Below, one piece after another: positions 13,769-26,234 of a stretch of DNA of 64,000 bases (its first letter is position 1; every line of letters begins with the position of its first letter). Origin of the DNA: Octopus sinensis (taxonomy: Eukaryota); NCBI RefSeq assembly GCF_006345805.1, contig NC_043024.1, positions 8,866,001-8,930,000 on the forward strand, read 5' to 3'. A program made the translations under genes and the position numbers. Under the pieces are notes generated by a model. That model searched no databases. It had not been told where the DNA came from and saw nothing but the letters and a program-made list of their open reading frames with translations.

Positions 13769-14280
13769 TATTATAAAAGGAGAAAGGGGCTCTCTACCCC
13801 ACCCCCCTTTTTGACCAGGCTCCCGTGGCCTTTATGGGGTTTTCAACGAGTAACCTTTCGAAGCGCCTTCCCCTATTAGGAATTTCAATTGTTATATTTT
13901 CGTTGTTATCTCTGGAATTTTTACACGGTTTTTTTTTTTGTGCAAACGGACAAAACCCTTCGTAACTTTCGTCCTGTGTTTTGTCCCTTACTGTTTTAAT
14001 TAATTTTTGTCAGCCCTTCTGGCCAATAAACGAATTAATTAATATTATTATTATTATTTAAAACAGTTTGATTCGGCTCCGTGTTTTTAAAAAACTACGT
14101 TACTTTTATTAAAAGTACTGAATGCTTTTTCTTTCGTTTGTCCCCTCACTATATTCAGGGTAGGGCAAAAGAAGCCGACACATTTGTAGGTTTAATAAAA
14201 GCGAAATAGAGGAAAAAGAATGTAAAAAAATGTTATTAATTAAACCTACAAATGTATCAGTTCATTTTGCCCAACCCTAT

Positions 14281-14336
<56 letters not shown>

Positions 14337-14513
14337 CATATATAATTTTCTGAATGGTATAATTTAATTGCTCATTTTGAATTGATAAAAGGGTTTCTTT
14401 TCTAATTATATATATATATTATATATATATATATTATATTGTGTGAAATTTGATTTAGTTCTTCTAAATTGAATTCTTTTCCTTGTAAGTTTTGGATTTT
14501 ATTCCCTTAAATA

Positions 14514-14654
14514 TAAGGTTGTCCCAAAAGTTCGTAGAAAGTCTTGGAAAATAATGGTCTTTATTTTGAGGAATAATTTTTGTTGTTTTTGTTAGTACTT
14601 GGCGAGTAAAAATTCAATTTTCGCAAGTGTTTACGAACTTTTGGGACAACCTAA
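14514..14654. mobile_element. Second, near-identical copy of the mariner-type MITE
   Basis: Almost base-for-base match to 13627-13768. Confidence 0.75.
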
Positions 14655-14674
14655 TATTAATAATTATATAATAT

Positions 14675-14732
<58 letters not shown>

Positions 14733-14734
<2 letters not shown>

Positions 14735-14860
14735 TAGATGAGGCCGATTTATGGGATTACCCTGGGTTTCACGTCCCTAAAGCGAGCTTTACACGTATCA
14801 TCAGATCCCAAACTAGGGATCTGAAACCCAGGGTAACCCCATAATCTGGCCTTACCTAAC
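14733..14860. mobile_element. Small hairpin MITE within (TA)n
   Basis: ~39-bp imperfect inverted arms (..ATGGGATTACCCTGGGTTTCA / TGAAACCCAGGGTAACCCCAT..). Confidence 0.65.
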
Positions 14861-15368
14861 TATATATATATATACTGCTCTATAACTTAGACAGTGCTTC
14901 TTCTTCGGATTTTTGTTTCACCGACAATCCCATAGGGATATTTTTATCCAAGATACACTGGTTTATAATATATTATATTATGAAGAGATATTTCGGCGAT
15001 TCAGTGCTTACATTATTTCGAGCTAAAACGAAAGATGACCTTTGCCTGTTTATGTAACGGTCTGCTATGTAGAAAATAATGAGGTTGACTCAATGGAATA
15101 ATGACAGTGATCGAAGATATAGACAATATTTTTTTTTGTTAATTAACCGTTATATATGCCTTCTCGACTGCTACTGTGCAGCCTTAAATTTCTACTTGTC
15201 CTGTATATTTCTTTAATGAATATATTATATAAAATATCGTAAAATATCAAATATTATCGAGTTAGAAAATAGAGTTCTAATGGATACTAATTAATTTATT
15301 AATTAACATTGTATGCATTAGATCTGTTTTCTAACCCAATAATATATATGTATACACACACACACATA

Positions 15369-15763
15369 TACTCTTTACTCTTTTACTTGTTTCAGTCATT
15401 TGACTGCGGCCATGCTGGAGCACCGCCTTTAGTCGAGCAAATCGACCCCGGGACTTATTCTTTGTAAGCCCAGTACTTATTCTATCGGTCTCTTTTGCCG
15501 AACCGCTAAGTGACGGGGACGTAAACACACCAGCATCGGTTGTCAAGCGATTTGGGGGGGGACAAACACAGACACACAAACACACATATACATATATACG
15601 ACGGGCTTCTTTCAGTTTCCGTCTACCAAATCCACTCACAAGGCATTGGTCGGCCCGGGGCTGTAGCAGAAGACACTTGCCCAAGATGCCACGCAGTGAG
15701 ACTGAACCCAGAACCATGTGGTTGGTTAGCAAGCTACTTACCACACAGCCACTCCTGCGCCTA
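15369..15763 (-). mobile_element. SINE family A
   Basis: Full-length reverse copy. Confidence 0.85.
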
Positions 15764-15895
15764 TTATATATATATATATGTATATATATATAAAATTGAA
15801 TAAGGGTAGAAATTAATATTAATCAATTAAAATCAGTGGCCTAGCATATTAAAAAAAATCCGAAGATTAAAATATTTTTTACATACAAAATTTAA

Positions 15896-16137
15896 AGGAC
15901 TGACCACTAAAAGTGGACGGTCAATATGCTAGATATAGACGTCAAAATTGCTATTTTCTACGAAGAATGTGTTCTCAAGAAAAAACTCAGCAAAAAACCA
16001 AAGTGTAAAAAATAAGCAAGACAAATGAAAATATACGAAATCAAAAACGATTTCTTGAGAACACATTTTTCGTGGAAAATAGCGATTTTGACGTCTATAT
16101 CTAGCATATTGACCGTCCACTTTTAGTGGTCAGTCCT
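15896..16137. mobile_element. Long-TIR MITE with TTAA TSD (Kolobok-like termini)
   Basis: TTAA|AGGACTGACC...GGTCAGTCCT|TTAA with ~95-bp near-perfect inverted arms. AG termini plus TTAA fit Kolobok rather than piggyBac (family assignment is inference). Confidence 0.75.
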
Positions 16138-16140
16138 TTA

Positions 16141-16195
<55 letters not shown>

Positions 16196-16287
16196 CATAT
16201 GTTCATAGCGAAATGTTACATAACGTTTGCAAATCAAATGGTGTCTGTTGATTATTAAATTACTCATGTGTTATTAATACATAACTT

Positions 16288-17111
16288 GGATCTTTTCGGT
16301 TTGACCGGCAGTTTTTTAAAAATAATTTCCACGTAACTAAACGCTTTTAAACTTCGTATACAGATAGAATGTGTTTATAAAACATCTTTTTCTCTTGGCT
16401 TTACTCTACTCTCTCTTTTACTCTTTTACTTGTTTCAGTCATTTGACTGCGGCCATGCTGCAGCACCGCCTTTAATCGAGCAACTCGACCCCGGGGCTTA
16501 TTCTTTTGTAAGCCCAGTACTTATTCTATCGGTCTCTTTTGCCGAACCGCTAAATAACGGGGACATAAACACACCAACATCGGTTGTCAAGCAATGCTAG
16601 GGGGACAAACACAGACACACGTATATATATATATAATTATATACACGACGGGCTTCTTTCAGTTTCCGTCTACCAAATCCACTCACAAGGCTTTGGTCGG
16701 CCCGAGGCTATAGTAGAAGACACTTGCCCAATGTGCCACGCAGTGAGACTGAACTGGGAACCATGTGGTTGGTTAGCAAGCTACTTACCACACAGCCACT
16801 CCTGCGCCTATTGAGAAAATTCTATAGTTTGTAAGATATTTGTTGTTTTTTCCCTTCAATTTCTGCAATTTCAACCAATCAGTGGCGTTTATTGAGGTAA
16901 AAAAACAACATTCTGTGCCGTATGAATATGTCCCTCGTTTAAGAAACAGATTGGGTTTATTTACATTTGTGAAGAAAAAAAGATACCCTTCCCCCTAACC
17001 CTAACCCTAAAACAGATTGAAATGCAATAGATCGATACTAGGGTCATAATTATGGGTGACAATTTCATATGACACCGCTAGAAAAAACTACCGTTCAAAC
17101 CGAGAAGATCC
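16288..17111 (-). mobile_element. GGATCTTTTC-TIR MITE with a nested SINE A (16403-16810)
   Basis: MITE sequence resumes on the far side of the SINE. Confidence 0.85.
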
Positions 17112-17589
17112 AAAGTGTCAGCTGAAAGGCACCCAGTAATCATGATCTTGATGTGGCCCGGCCCCCTTAGCTTGTAAGAAGTTAAGGATCGAAACACTTG
17201 CGTCAGGTGGTGACGGTAGGCTTCTCCGAAGACCCTCTGTAGTTCAGCTGTCCCGAGTGTTTAATACTACTAGTATTAACATTAGGTTTGACTTAGTCCT
17301 TTTTTGAGGGGTGAAAAGCAAAATTTGGTGGGCTCTTTAAAGCTTTCTTTATATCTGTTTATCCATGTGTGCACTTTGTACCTACATAGGCTACACACAC
17401 ACACACACGTGTGTGTGTGTGCTAGATAAAACTTTTTTGCTAAGGCCGAAACAAAAGGAGTGAAATACTAGGTGAACTGTAAAATAAGTCAGTCAGATAT
17501 CCTATTCCATCCCTCATATCTTTGCTTGTCCTTGACATTTTGTCTGGCATGTGAACGATGCTTTCAGCTTGGTACTGGAAATAATCAGA

Positions 17590-17682
17590 ATATAAAATAA
17601 TAATAATAATAATAATAATGAAATTATTGTATACAGTGCTCAGGTGCACCACAACTTGTCAGAAAGTGCGTATAAAGTATAC
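17590..17682 (-). mobile_element. Short 3' end of a CR1-type LINE
   Basis: Reverse complement resembles the 10905-10968 tail (GTGCACCTGAGCACTGTA..AAT(TAT)n); a longer copy lies at 61810-62100. Confidence 0.65.
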
Positions 17683-17895
17683 AAGGTAAAACTTCACCTG
17701 TTTCATTTTCACTTTTGTAAGTTCGCTTTGTATACTTCATTTCGTATTGTTTCGGTTTTATCTGGAGTATTTTCATAGAATGTAATAATCAGAAAATACT
17801 TCACCCTAACTATTTTAATATTTGTGTGTTTTATATTTAAAAACTCAACCTAATTGTTTCGGCGGAGTTTGGGAATAGTTTTCACGGCCTGGAGC

Positions 17896-17998
17896 AAAGA
17901 TTTAAAATTATTGTAGAAAATTTAAAGATTTAAAATTATTGTAGAAAATTTAAAGATTTAAAATTATTGTAGAAAATTTAAAGATTTAAAATTATTGT
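17896..17998. repeat. 28-bp tandem repeat, ~3.7 copies
   Basis: AAAGATTTAAAATTATTGTAGAAAATTT repeated. Confidence 0.85.
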
Positions 17999-18464
17999 AA
18001 AGTGTAAGCATTCCGGTTATTTTTCGTCAAAAGTTCCTTCGGATTCCTGTTTTCTATATAGGAGATTACGTGGGTCTAGTTGGCTTGGCTGCCAACATCA
18101 ATTCTGTTCGGAATTCATTTCATATTCAGTGTAATGATACACTTTTATAGACTGATGAATGGCGTAATTATCGAAGGATCACCCATTTTCGCTATAAATA
18201 ATTAAATAAAGAGTTATTAGCAATTAAAGTTTGAAAATTTTGGGTAATTTATTGCTTGTACCCTGGTCGTGAGATGTCTTCCTTGCTAAACCTTGATAAA
18301 AAGCTAAACAGGCACCCACCCCTCATTAAAAACTTTTTTATAATCATAAGAATTCCCGTGTGCAAAATATAAATTTCCAAAAATTTTGTGAAAATTCCAA
18401 ATTTTAAAAAAGTTATGAGGGGTTATATGTCGTCCGTTAATCAGAATTTGATTTGTTTACACCG

Positions 18465-19145
18465 TGACGTATATTTGCCATTTAAATATGGCTAACCCGT
18501 AAGGGTGGATACTACTGTAGTTTGTAGCCCCAGGAGGACACCTCCTCCAGCTGGCCATAGACACTTTCTGTGCCCTATCAGTATTTGCAAAGGGAAGCCA
18601 TCCTTCCCTTTGCAAATACCTATTTCTTTACTACCCTCAAGGGGCTAAACACAGAAGGAACAAACAAGGACAGACAAACGGATTAAGTCGATTATATCGA
18701 CCCCAGTGCGGAACTGGTACTTATTTAATCGACCCCGAAAGGATGAAAGGCAAAGTCTACCTTGGCAGAATTTGAACTCAGAACATAACGGCAGACAAAA
18801 TACCTATTTCTTTACTACCCACAAGGGACTAAACACAGAGGGGACAAACAAGGACAGACAAACCGATTAAGTCGATTATATCGACCCCAGTGCGTAACTG
18901 GTACTTATTTAATCGACCCTGAAAGGATGAAAGGCAAAGTCGACCTCGGCGGAATTTGAACTCAGAACGTAACGGCAAGTGAAATACCACTAAGCATTTC
19001 GCCCGACGTGCTAACGTTTCTGCCAGCTTACTGATAGGGCACAGAAAGTGTGTCTAAAGCCAGCTGGAGGAGGTGTCCTCCTGGGGCTACAAACTACAGT
19101 AGCATCCACCCTTAGGGGTTAGCCATATTTAAATGGCAAATATAC
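18465..19145. mobile_element. Palindromic foldback-type element with a SINE B (18620-19030, -) near its centre
   Basis: ~115-bp inverted arms starting ATATTTGCCATTTAAATATGGCTAACC; same family as 38790-39725. Confidence 0.75.
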
Positions 19146-19621
19146 TTCACGATGTGTTGCAGCTACTGTTTATAACTCGCTCTAAGATTTATTATTGATT
19201 TGTTTAGTTTCATATAAAAACACGTGCTATTTTCAGAATGTTGACATATGCAGTCACACACTAAATGACGGCTTCCAAATCCTGTTTCCTGACAGGGTGA
19301 GAATGATCAAACGTTTAGCTAGAAACAACAGCTAAATGTCTGAAAAATATTTTTCCCTCTCATTTGACGACCCTTTCTTTCTTTGAAGAAAGAATGGCAA
19401 AGAAGAAAGTGTGGGAAAATATGTTGAAAGCCGTTTGAACATTTTCAAAGAAGAAACACTTAGTCATGTTTATGTTGTCACGCCAAAGGCAGGAGAACTG
19501 TGGTTTATTTAAGAATTTTATTGTATGTAGGTTGCAATAGGATTTTTTACTTTCTCACTGCATATTGACATTTTCAATTCAGAGTGGTTGTGATTCAACA
19601 AATCATGGCAGGTTCATCTAG

Positions 19622-19656
<35 letters not shown>

Positions 19657-19676
19657 ATGTGTGTATATATGTGTGT

Positions 19677-20075
19677 CATCATCATCATCATCATCATCGT
19701 TTAACGTCCGCTTTCCATGCTAGCATGGGTTGGACGGTTCAACTGGGGTCTGGCAAGCCCGAAGGCTGCACCAGGCCAGTCAGATCTGGCAGTGTTTCTA
19801 CAGCTGGATGCCCTTCCTAACGCCAACCACTCTGAGAGTGTAGTGGTTGATTTTATGTGCCACCGACACAGGTGCCAGACGAGGCTGGCAGACGGCTACG
19901 CTCGGATGGTGTTTTCTTATGTGTCACCGACACAGGTGCCAGACGAGGCTGGCGAACGGCCACGCTCGGATGGTGTTTGTTACGTGCCCTCAGCACGGAG
20001 GCCAGTCGATGCGGTACTGGCTACAGTCACGTTCGGATGGTTTTCTTATGTGCCACCGGCACTGGTACCACAAGG
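19677..20075 (-). mobile_element. SINE-like family D ((GAT)n tail, internal ~60-bp minisatellite)
   Basis: Reverse strand ends GGAAAGCGGACGTTAAACGATGATGATG; copies at 46028, 54195 and 59840. Confidence 0.75.
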
Positions 20076-20921
20076 ATACAAATTCCATTGATGTTCATCT
20101 ATTTTGATTTGGTTTGATTTGATTTGATTGTGTAAATATATATATATGTGTGTGTGTGTTTGTGTATATACACTCACACACACACACATACTCTTTTACT
20201 CGTTTCAGTCATTTGACTGCGGCCATGCTGGAGCACTGCCTTTAATCGAGCAAATCGACCCCGGGACTTATTCTTTTGTAAGCCCAGTACTTATTCTATC
20301 AGTCTCTTTTGCCGAACCGCTAAGTAACGGGGACATAAACACACCAGCATCGGTTATCAAGCGATGTTGGGGGGACAAACACAGATACACACACAAACAC
20401 ATACATATATACGACGGGCTTCTTTCAGTTTCCGTCTACCAAATCCACTCACAAGGCTTTGGTGGGCCCGAGGCTATAGTAGAAGACACTCGATTTGCTT
20501 GACTAAAGGCGGTGCTCCAGCATGGCCACAGTCAAATTACTAAAACAAGTAAAAGAATTTGCTATGAGAAATAACTCAACTTTTTAGATCTAGAAATCTC
20601 ACACTCTCTATCTGTCACCACTAGTCCTTTATTCAGCACACTCTTTGTCACTCTCTTTCTCTGTATATGTATTTAGTCGCCTTTAGTCGAGCAAATCGAC
20701 CCCAGGACTTATTCTTTGGAAGCCTAGTACTTATTCTATCGGTCTCTTTATTAACTAACTCTCAGGCATTGCTTTCATTCAAATGAGTGATGTTGGTCAT
20801 GCACAAAGATGTCAGTTGAATGAGTGATGACAGAAGAGTAAGAGATAGTAGGTTCATCATTCAAATGTGTGATAGATAATGAATGACACACTACATAAAT
20901 CAATTTGTTGTATATTTGCAG

Positions 20922-21027
20922 GTCTTTCAACATTTTTCCTCTTGGCTTGCGTGAGTTTGAAATGGGGCAAATCTATGTTTGTCAGACAGAAGGTCCAGAC
21001 TGGAATGGTGTGTGTGTGGGCAACACG
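20922..21027 (+). CDS. DUF1295 protein, exon 2
   Basis: ttgcag|GT...; GLSTFFLLACVSLKWGKSMFVRQKVQTGMVCVWAT(R); donor CG|gtgagt; phases match exons 1 and 3. Confidence 0.88.
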
Positions 21028-21094
21028 GTGAGTAAAATATCTATTCTGTTTACATTACTCTTTTACATGTTTCAGTCATTTGACTGTGGCCACG

Positions 21095-21096
21095 TG

Positions 21097-21130
<34 letters not shown>

Positions 21131-22175
21131 GTATATGTATGTATATATATATTATATATATATGTGTGTGTGTGTGTGTATGTGTATATATATGTGTGTG
21201 TGTGTGTGTATGTGTATATATATGTGTGTGTGTGTGTATGTGTATATATATGTGTGTGTGTGTGTATGTGTATATATATGTGTGTGTGTGTGTATGTGTA
21301 TATATATGTGTGTGTGTGTGTATGTGTATATATATGTGTGTGTGTGTGTATGTGTATATATATGTGTGTGTGTGTGTGTATGTGTATATATATGTGTGTG
21401 TGTGTGTATGTGTATATATATGTGTGTGTGTGTGTATGTGTATATATATGTGTGTGTGTGTGTATGTGTATATATATGTGTGTGTGTGTGTATGTGTATA
21501 TATATGTGTGTGTGTGTGTATGTGTATATATATGTGTGTGTATGTGTATATTATGTGTGTGTGTGTATATATATATGTGTGTGTGTGTATGTGTATATAT
21601 ATATATGTGTGTGTGTATGTGTATATATATATGTGTGTGTGTGTATGTGTATATATATATGTGTGTGTGTGTATGTGTATATATATATGTGTGTGGTGTA
21701 TGTGTATATATATGTGTGTGTGTGTATGTGTATATATATGTGTGTGTGTGTGTATGTATATATATATGTGTGTGTGTGTATGTGTGTATATATATGTTGT
21801 GTGTGTGTATGTGTATATATTATATATGTGTGTGTGTGTATGTGTATATATATATGTGTGTGTGTATGTGTATATATATATGTGTGTGTGTGTTATGTGT
21901 ATATATATGTGTGTGTATGTGTTATATATATGTGTGTGTGTGTATGTGTATATATATGTGTGTGTGTATGTGTATATTATGTGTTGTGTGTGTATGTGAT
22001 ATATATATGTGTGGTGTGTATGTGTAATATATATATATGGTGTGTGTATGTGTATATATATATGTGGTGTGTGTATGTGTATATATATATGTGTGTTGTG
22101 TATGTGTATATATATAAATATATGTGTGTGTGTGGTGTGTATGTATATATATATGTGTGTATGTGTATATATATA

Positions 22176-22214
<39 letters not shown>
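21095..22214. repeat. 1.1-kb higher-order (TA)n(TG)n microsatellite (~26-28-bp period)
   Basis: Directly visible; source of the CVCVYI-type ORFs. Confidence 0.95.
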
Positions 22215-22215
<1 letters not shown>

Positions 22216-22231
22216 CTTTCCCTTTATATAT

Positions 22232-22430
22232 ATAGGGAGAGTTTACAAAAAAACAAAAGACAAAGACAGGTGGTGTACAAAACAAGCAGATGTATTAGTA
22301 AAACGCTCAGGAATAGAAAATGTCTTTTACATTTCGAGCCTACGCTCTTCTACAGAAAGGGACACAGAAAAAAACAAGGAGAGAAAAAAATGTGTGTAGT
22401 GGCTAACGATCTATCATGGTGAGAGATGAT
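22232..22430 (-). mobile_element. Short element with a minimal hammerhead-like fold (probably Penelope-derived)
   Basis: - strand 22360-22321: CCTTT CTGTAGA A GAGC GTAG GCTC GAAAT GTA AAAG; abuts (TA)n. No second copy in the window. Confidence 0.55.
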
Positions 22431-22634
22431 GTACAGGTATTATATATTAGAAGAAATGAAGTACTCAGAAATCCAGATGGTTTTATATTTACAGATATTT
22501 ATTAGTATGTTACATGTTTTTACACATCATATATCATATATTAGCGCTTTCTAGTAGTCTTCAAATTGATCTGTATGTATTATATATATATGTATATGTA
22601 TGTATATATATAAATATATAATATATTTCATTAG

Positions 22635-22741
22635 GCTTGGTGTGTTCCTGGTCAGGAGGATAATGATGGCAGGATCCGACTCCCGTTTTGATAAAGTCAA
22701 AAGAAAACCAATAAAATTCTTGATATACTGGACAATACAAG
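22635..22741 (+). CDS. DUF1295 protein, exon 3
   Basis: ttag|G; (R)LGVFLVRRIMMAGSDSRFDKVKRKPIKFLIYWTIQ(G); donor G|gtaaga; the RLG...D.RF motif is typical of the family. Confidence 0.9.
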
Positions 22742-23462
22742 GTAAGAATGTTTAGACTATTTCTTCAGGGTTCAAGATTTTTCAGCAAGGTACCTAGCAA
22801 ACCTTTGCTATAAGTAAAAAGATACAAAAAAATTAATTTGAGGAAATGGGTAACTGCAGTGGTGGTGGTCAGAGAAAAACTCTTTCTCTCTCTGAAGAGG
22901 ACATTTCAAAACATGAAATATTGTTTTACCTCATAACATAAAAATATATCTAAACTTTGGAGGTTTGCTACGGTATATATTTATAAATGTTAATGACTTC
23001 AGAAATATTATGAAATTTATTTAACTTTAAGAAAATTAAATTATCATGACAAATTGTTTCATAACTTAAAGCATGTAAAAATAATTTATTTCATTATATT
23101 TAATAATAAGCAAACAAAAAATAATAATAATAATAAAAATAGAAAAAAAGGAAGTTTTCTCACGCCTGAGTTCACAAATGACTGGTTAATGCATGCAAGG
23201 ATTTTCTTCTGGTTTAAAAACAGATTCCTTTGTTAACAGCTTCAGTTGAACTGTTTGTCTGGTTAATAATTACGAGAAGATTGTCCCAGCAGTTAAAACA
23301 AATTACATCACTTGTTACTTCATTATGGTTGCTGTAAAGAAAATCTCTCATCCAAATCATATTCGTCTGATGAATGCTCTATTTATCAAGAAATTTAGAA
23401 AAGTAGTAATTTACTACAATATTTTGTGTGTGCATGTGTATATATATATATATATATATCAT

Positions 23463-24606
23463 TGTTGTGAGTTCAACTTAAGGACAGAGCTGGCGACCTA
23501 CTTTTGGGGATGAATCCATTGTTCTGTCAGATGCGGGTTGATTAATTAGCTCTGGGGAAACTCTCCGACCCTGTCAGGTGAATTAGAGTTCAGTTTGTGA
23601 GAGACAGTGAGAGAAATGTTGAGGGGCTGAGGAAGACAGATTAAGGAATCTGGTAGCTTGTCATGAGAGATGACAGTAGAGTGAGAGGATGAGGGACTGA
23701 GGAAGACAGATTAAGGAATCTGGGCGCTTGTCATGAGAGATGACAGTAGAGTGAGAGGATGAGGGGCTGAGGAAGACATGCACATAGGACTAAGCGGCGA
23801 TGGAGAGAGTATTACAGAGCTAAGAGAGAGGGAGATTGCGACAGAGAGATTGGGGTAGTGACAAGGCAGTCGAGGATTGAGCAGTCGGTATTTGGGAGTC
23901 AAGGCGAGCAGTTGGAAGTTGGATTTAGCAGTGAGGATTTGGTATTCAGGGCAAGCGGTTGGCGGTTGGATTTAGCAGTTCTAAGAGAGATGAACTACAA
24001 TGTGAGACATTGGCTAATGTAACGGTACGTGAATTGTTGTATTGATATGTGAAGAAAAAGAAGGAAAAAGAATCGATGTATTGAAATGTAAAAGAAATGA
24101 GACAGTAAAAAAGAACAATGTGAACTGTGTTGATATGTGTTACAGAACTGTTAAAGCAAGAGAGAGACTCTGTTGTAGTCTTTAATGAACATTGAACTGT
24201 ATATGCCTTTAATGTCCTTTGAACTGTAACGTTAATATGATTTGAAACAGAACTGTTGTCTCCGGACTGTATGATGTATTGACTTGTTGTTTAATTCGAC
24301 GTGTACTCTTTGAATGCTGTTGTTATTGCATTTGATGTGTTGTTACTTGCATGTATTTCCTCTTTGATGTATCTGATATGTGTTTGATGTTGTAACAATT
24401 ATAAAGTATTATAAACTAGTACGTTAAATGTAGGCCAATTGCCTTCTTTGTGTCTCTCTCGATTACCTCTGTGTCTCTTCCTGCAGCTGTTGTTGTTGCT
24501 GTTCTCTCTCTCCTCTCCGAGTTTCCGTGGCGAACATTCACTGATCGATCGGGCCTGTGTGAGGGATTCCGTAACAGCTTTTGTTCGCGGAGGTCCCCCC
24601 GTAACA
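23463..24606. mobile_element. Solo LTR (probably Ty3/Gypsy), 1144 bp
   Basis: TGTT...AACA termini with a 4-bp TSD TCAT on both sides; non-coding; internal ~62-bp tandem duplication at ~23625-23780. Confidence 0.75.
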
Positions 24607-24667
24607 TCATCATTGTTTAACATCCGTTTTATTAAACGTTATTACTGTTATTTCTTTCTTTTCTGCA

Positions 24668-25080
24668 TAGGCGCAGGAGTGGCTGTGTGGTAAGTAGCTT
24701 GCTAACCAACCACATGGTTCTGGGTTCAGTCCCACTGTGTGGCATCTTGGGCAAGTGTCTTCTGCTATAGCCCCGGGCCGACCAATGCCTTGTGAGTGGA
24801 TTTGGTAGACGGAAACTGAAAGAAGCCTGTCGTATATATGTATATATATATATAAGTGTGTGTGTATATGTTTGTGTGTCTGTGTCGTTCCCCTAGCATT
24901 GCTTGACAACCGATGCTGGTGTGTTTACATCCCCGTCACTTAGCGGTTCGGCTAAAGAGACCGATAGAATAAGTACTGGGCTTACAAAGAATAAGTCCCG
25001 GGGTCGATTTGCTCAACTAAAAGGCAGTGCTCCAGCATGGCCGCAGTCAAATGACTGAAACAAGTAAAAGAGTAAAGAGT
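24668..25080 (+). mobile_element. SINE family A
   Basis: Full-length copy. Confidence 0.85.
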
Positions 25081-25652
25081 ATACAAAATGCACAAAAAAG
25101 CGACACGTTTGCATTATGTTATATATACAATAATAATAAAGGACGTTATATAGACCTCTTTGACTAAAGTTAGAGAAGAGGTGCATATTATACACAAGGT
25201 TTAGGTTTTTCAGAGGTACAGCCCCCTAAAAATTCGCTGCGTATTATACTCAAGGGCAGACTATACTCAAGGATTTACGGTATATATTTTTAAATGTTAA
25301 TGACTTCAGAAATATTATGAAATTTAAGAAAATTCAAGTATCATGACAAATTGTTTCAAAACTTAAAGTATGTAAAATAATTTATTTCATTATATTTAAT
25401 AATAAATAGATTATTTACATGTCTCCATTAATGCAAAAAAATAATTTAAAGCAATGCAGAAATTAAGCTACAATCTCAGGTGAAAGAAAATTCCTTTTCT
25501 CATCTTTGATCTCATTGTTTGTTTAAATCTGATGTGTGGTATATGGAACATAGCAAAAATCAGTGCTGGCTATAATCTCTATGGAATATCTGTTGATAAC
25601 CTTAACAAGTAATGTAGTAACACTGCTAACACAGTAGAACACATGGTATTGA

Positions 25653-25880
25653 CTCAAGGCGGCGAGCTGGCAGAAACGTTAGCACACCGGGTGAAATGCT
25701 TAGTGGTATTTCGTCTGTCGTTACGTTCTGAGTTCAAATTCCGCCGAGGTCGACTTTGACTTTCATCCTTTCGGGGTCGATTAAATAAGTACCAGTTACG
25801 CACTGGGGTCAATATAATCGACTTAATCCCTTTGTCTGTCCTCTCTGTGTTTAGCCCCTTGTGGGTAGTAAAGAAATAGC
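25653..25880 (+). mobile_element. SINE family B monomer with a 7-bp TSD
   Basis: Flanked by ATTGACT on both sides, consistent with target-primed retrotransposition. Confidence 0.85.
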
Positions 25881-26234
25881 ATTGACTTATAAAAGATTTA
25901 ATATACTTTATAGTATATTGTGGTTGTGTAACGAAATACCACATACCTACAAATCATTGGTATTTACATACCAATTCCAGGAATGCTTTTAATATGTAAA
26001 TTGGTATATCCAGTAACTTTATACCGCTGTGTGTGGTGGCTATTTAAGTAGTGTGTTTGAGAATGATTAATGGTTTAGATAGATGCTGATGAAGGGACAA
26101 AACCCGTCAAAATATGGCATATACACTCATTACCTGTTTCTTATCTTCGATCTCATTATTAGTTTATATCTGATGTGTTTTATACGAAGCGTAACAAAAA
26201 TCAGTACTGGCTGTAATCTCTATGGAATATCTAC

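Noticed and set aside
16986-17010. CTAACCCTAACCCTAA as a telomerase RNA template near TERT
   Set aside because: It lies inside a multicopy MITE at the position where all copies have a TTAGGG-like tract; no pseudoknot or H/ACA context is evident.
20905-22422. Long ORFs (up to 368 aa) rich in C/V/Y/I/M, and similar ORFs at 3572-4895, 32703-33440 and 53099-53440
   Set aside because: These are translations of stop-poor dinucleotide/tetranucleotide microsatellites.
26082-26120. Third hammerhead-like motif CTGATGAAGGG-acaaaa-CCC-GTCAAAA
   Set aside because: The 5' core and a 3-bp stem II are present, but GAAA is interrupted and there is no valid UH cleavage triplet; at best a decayed relic.
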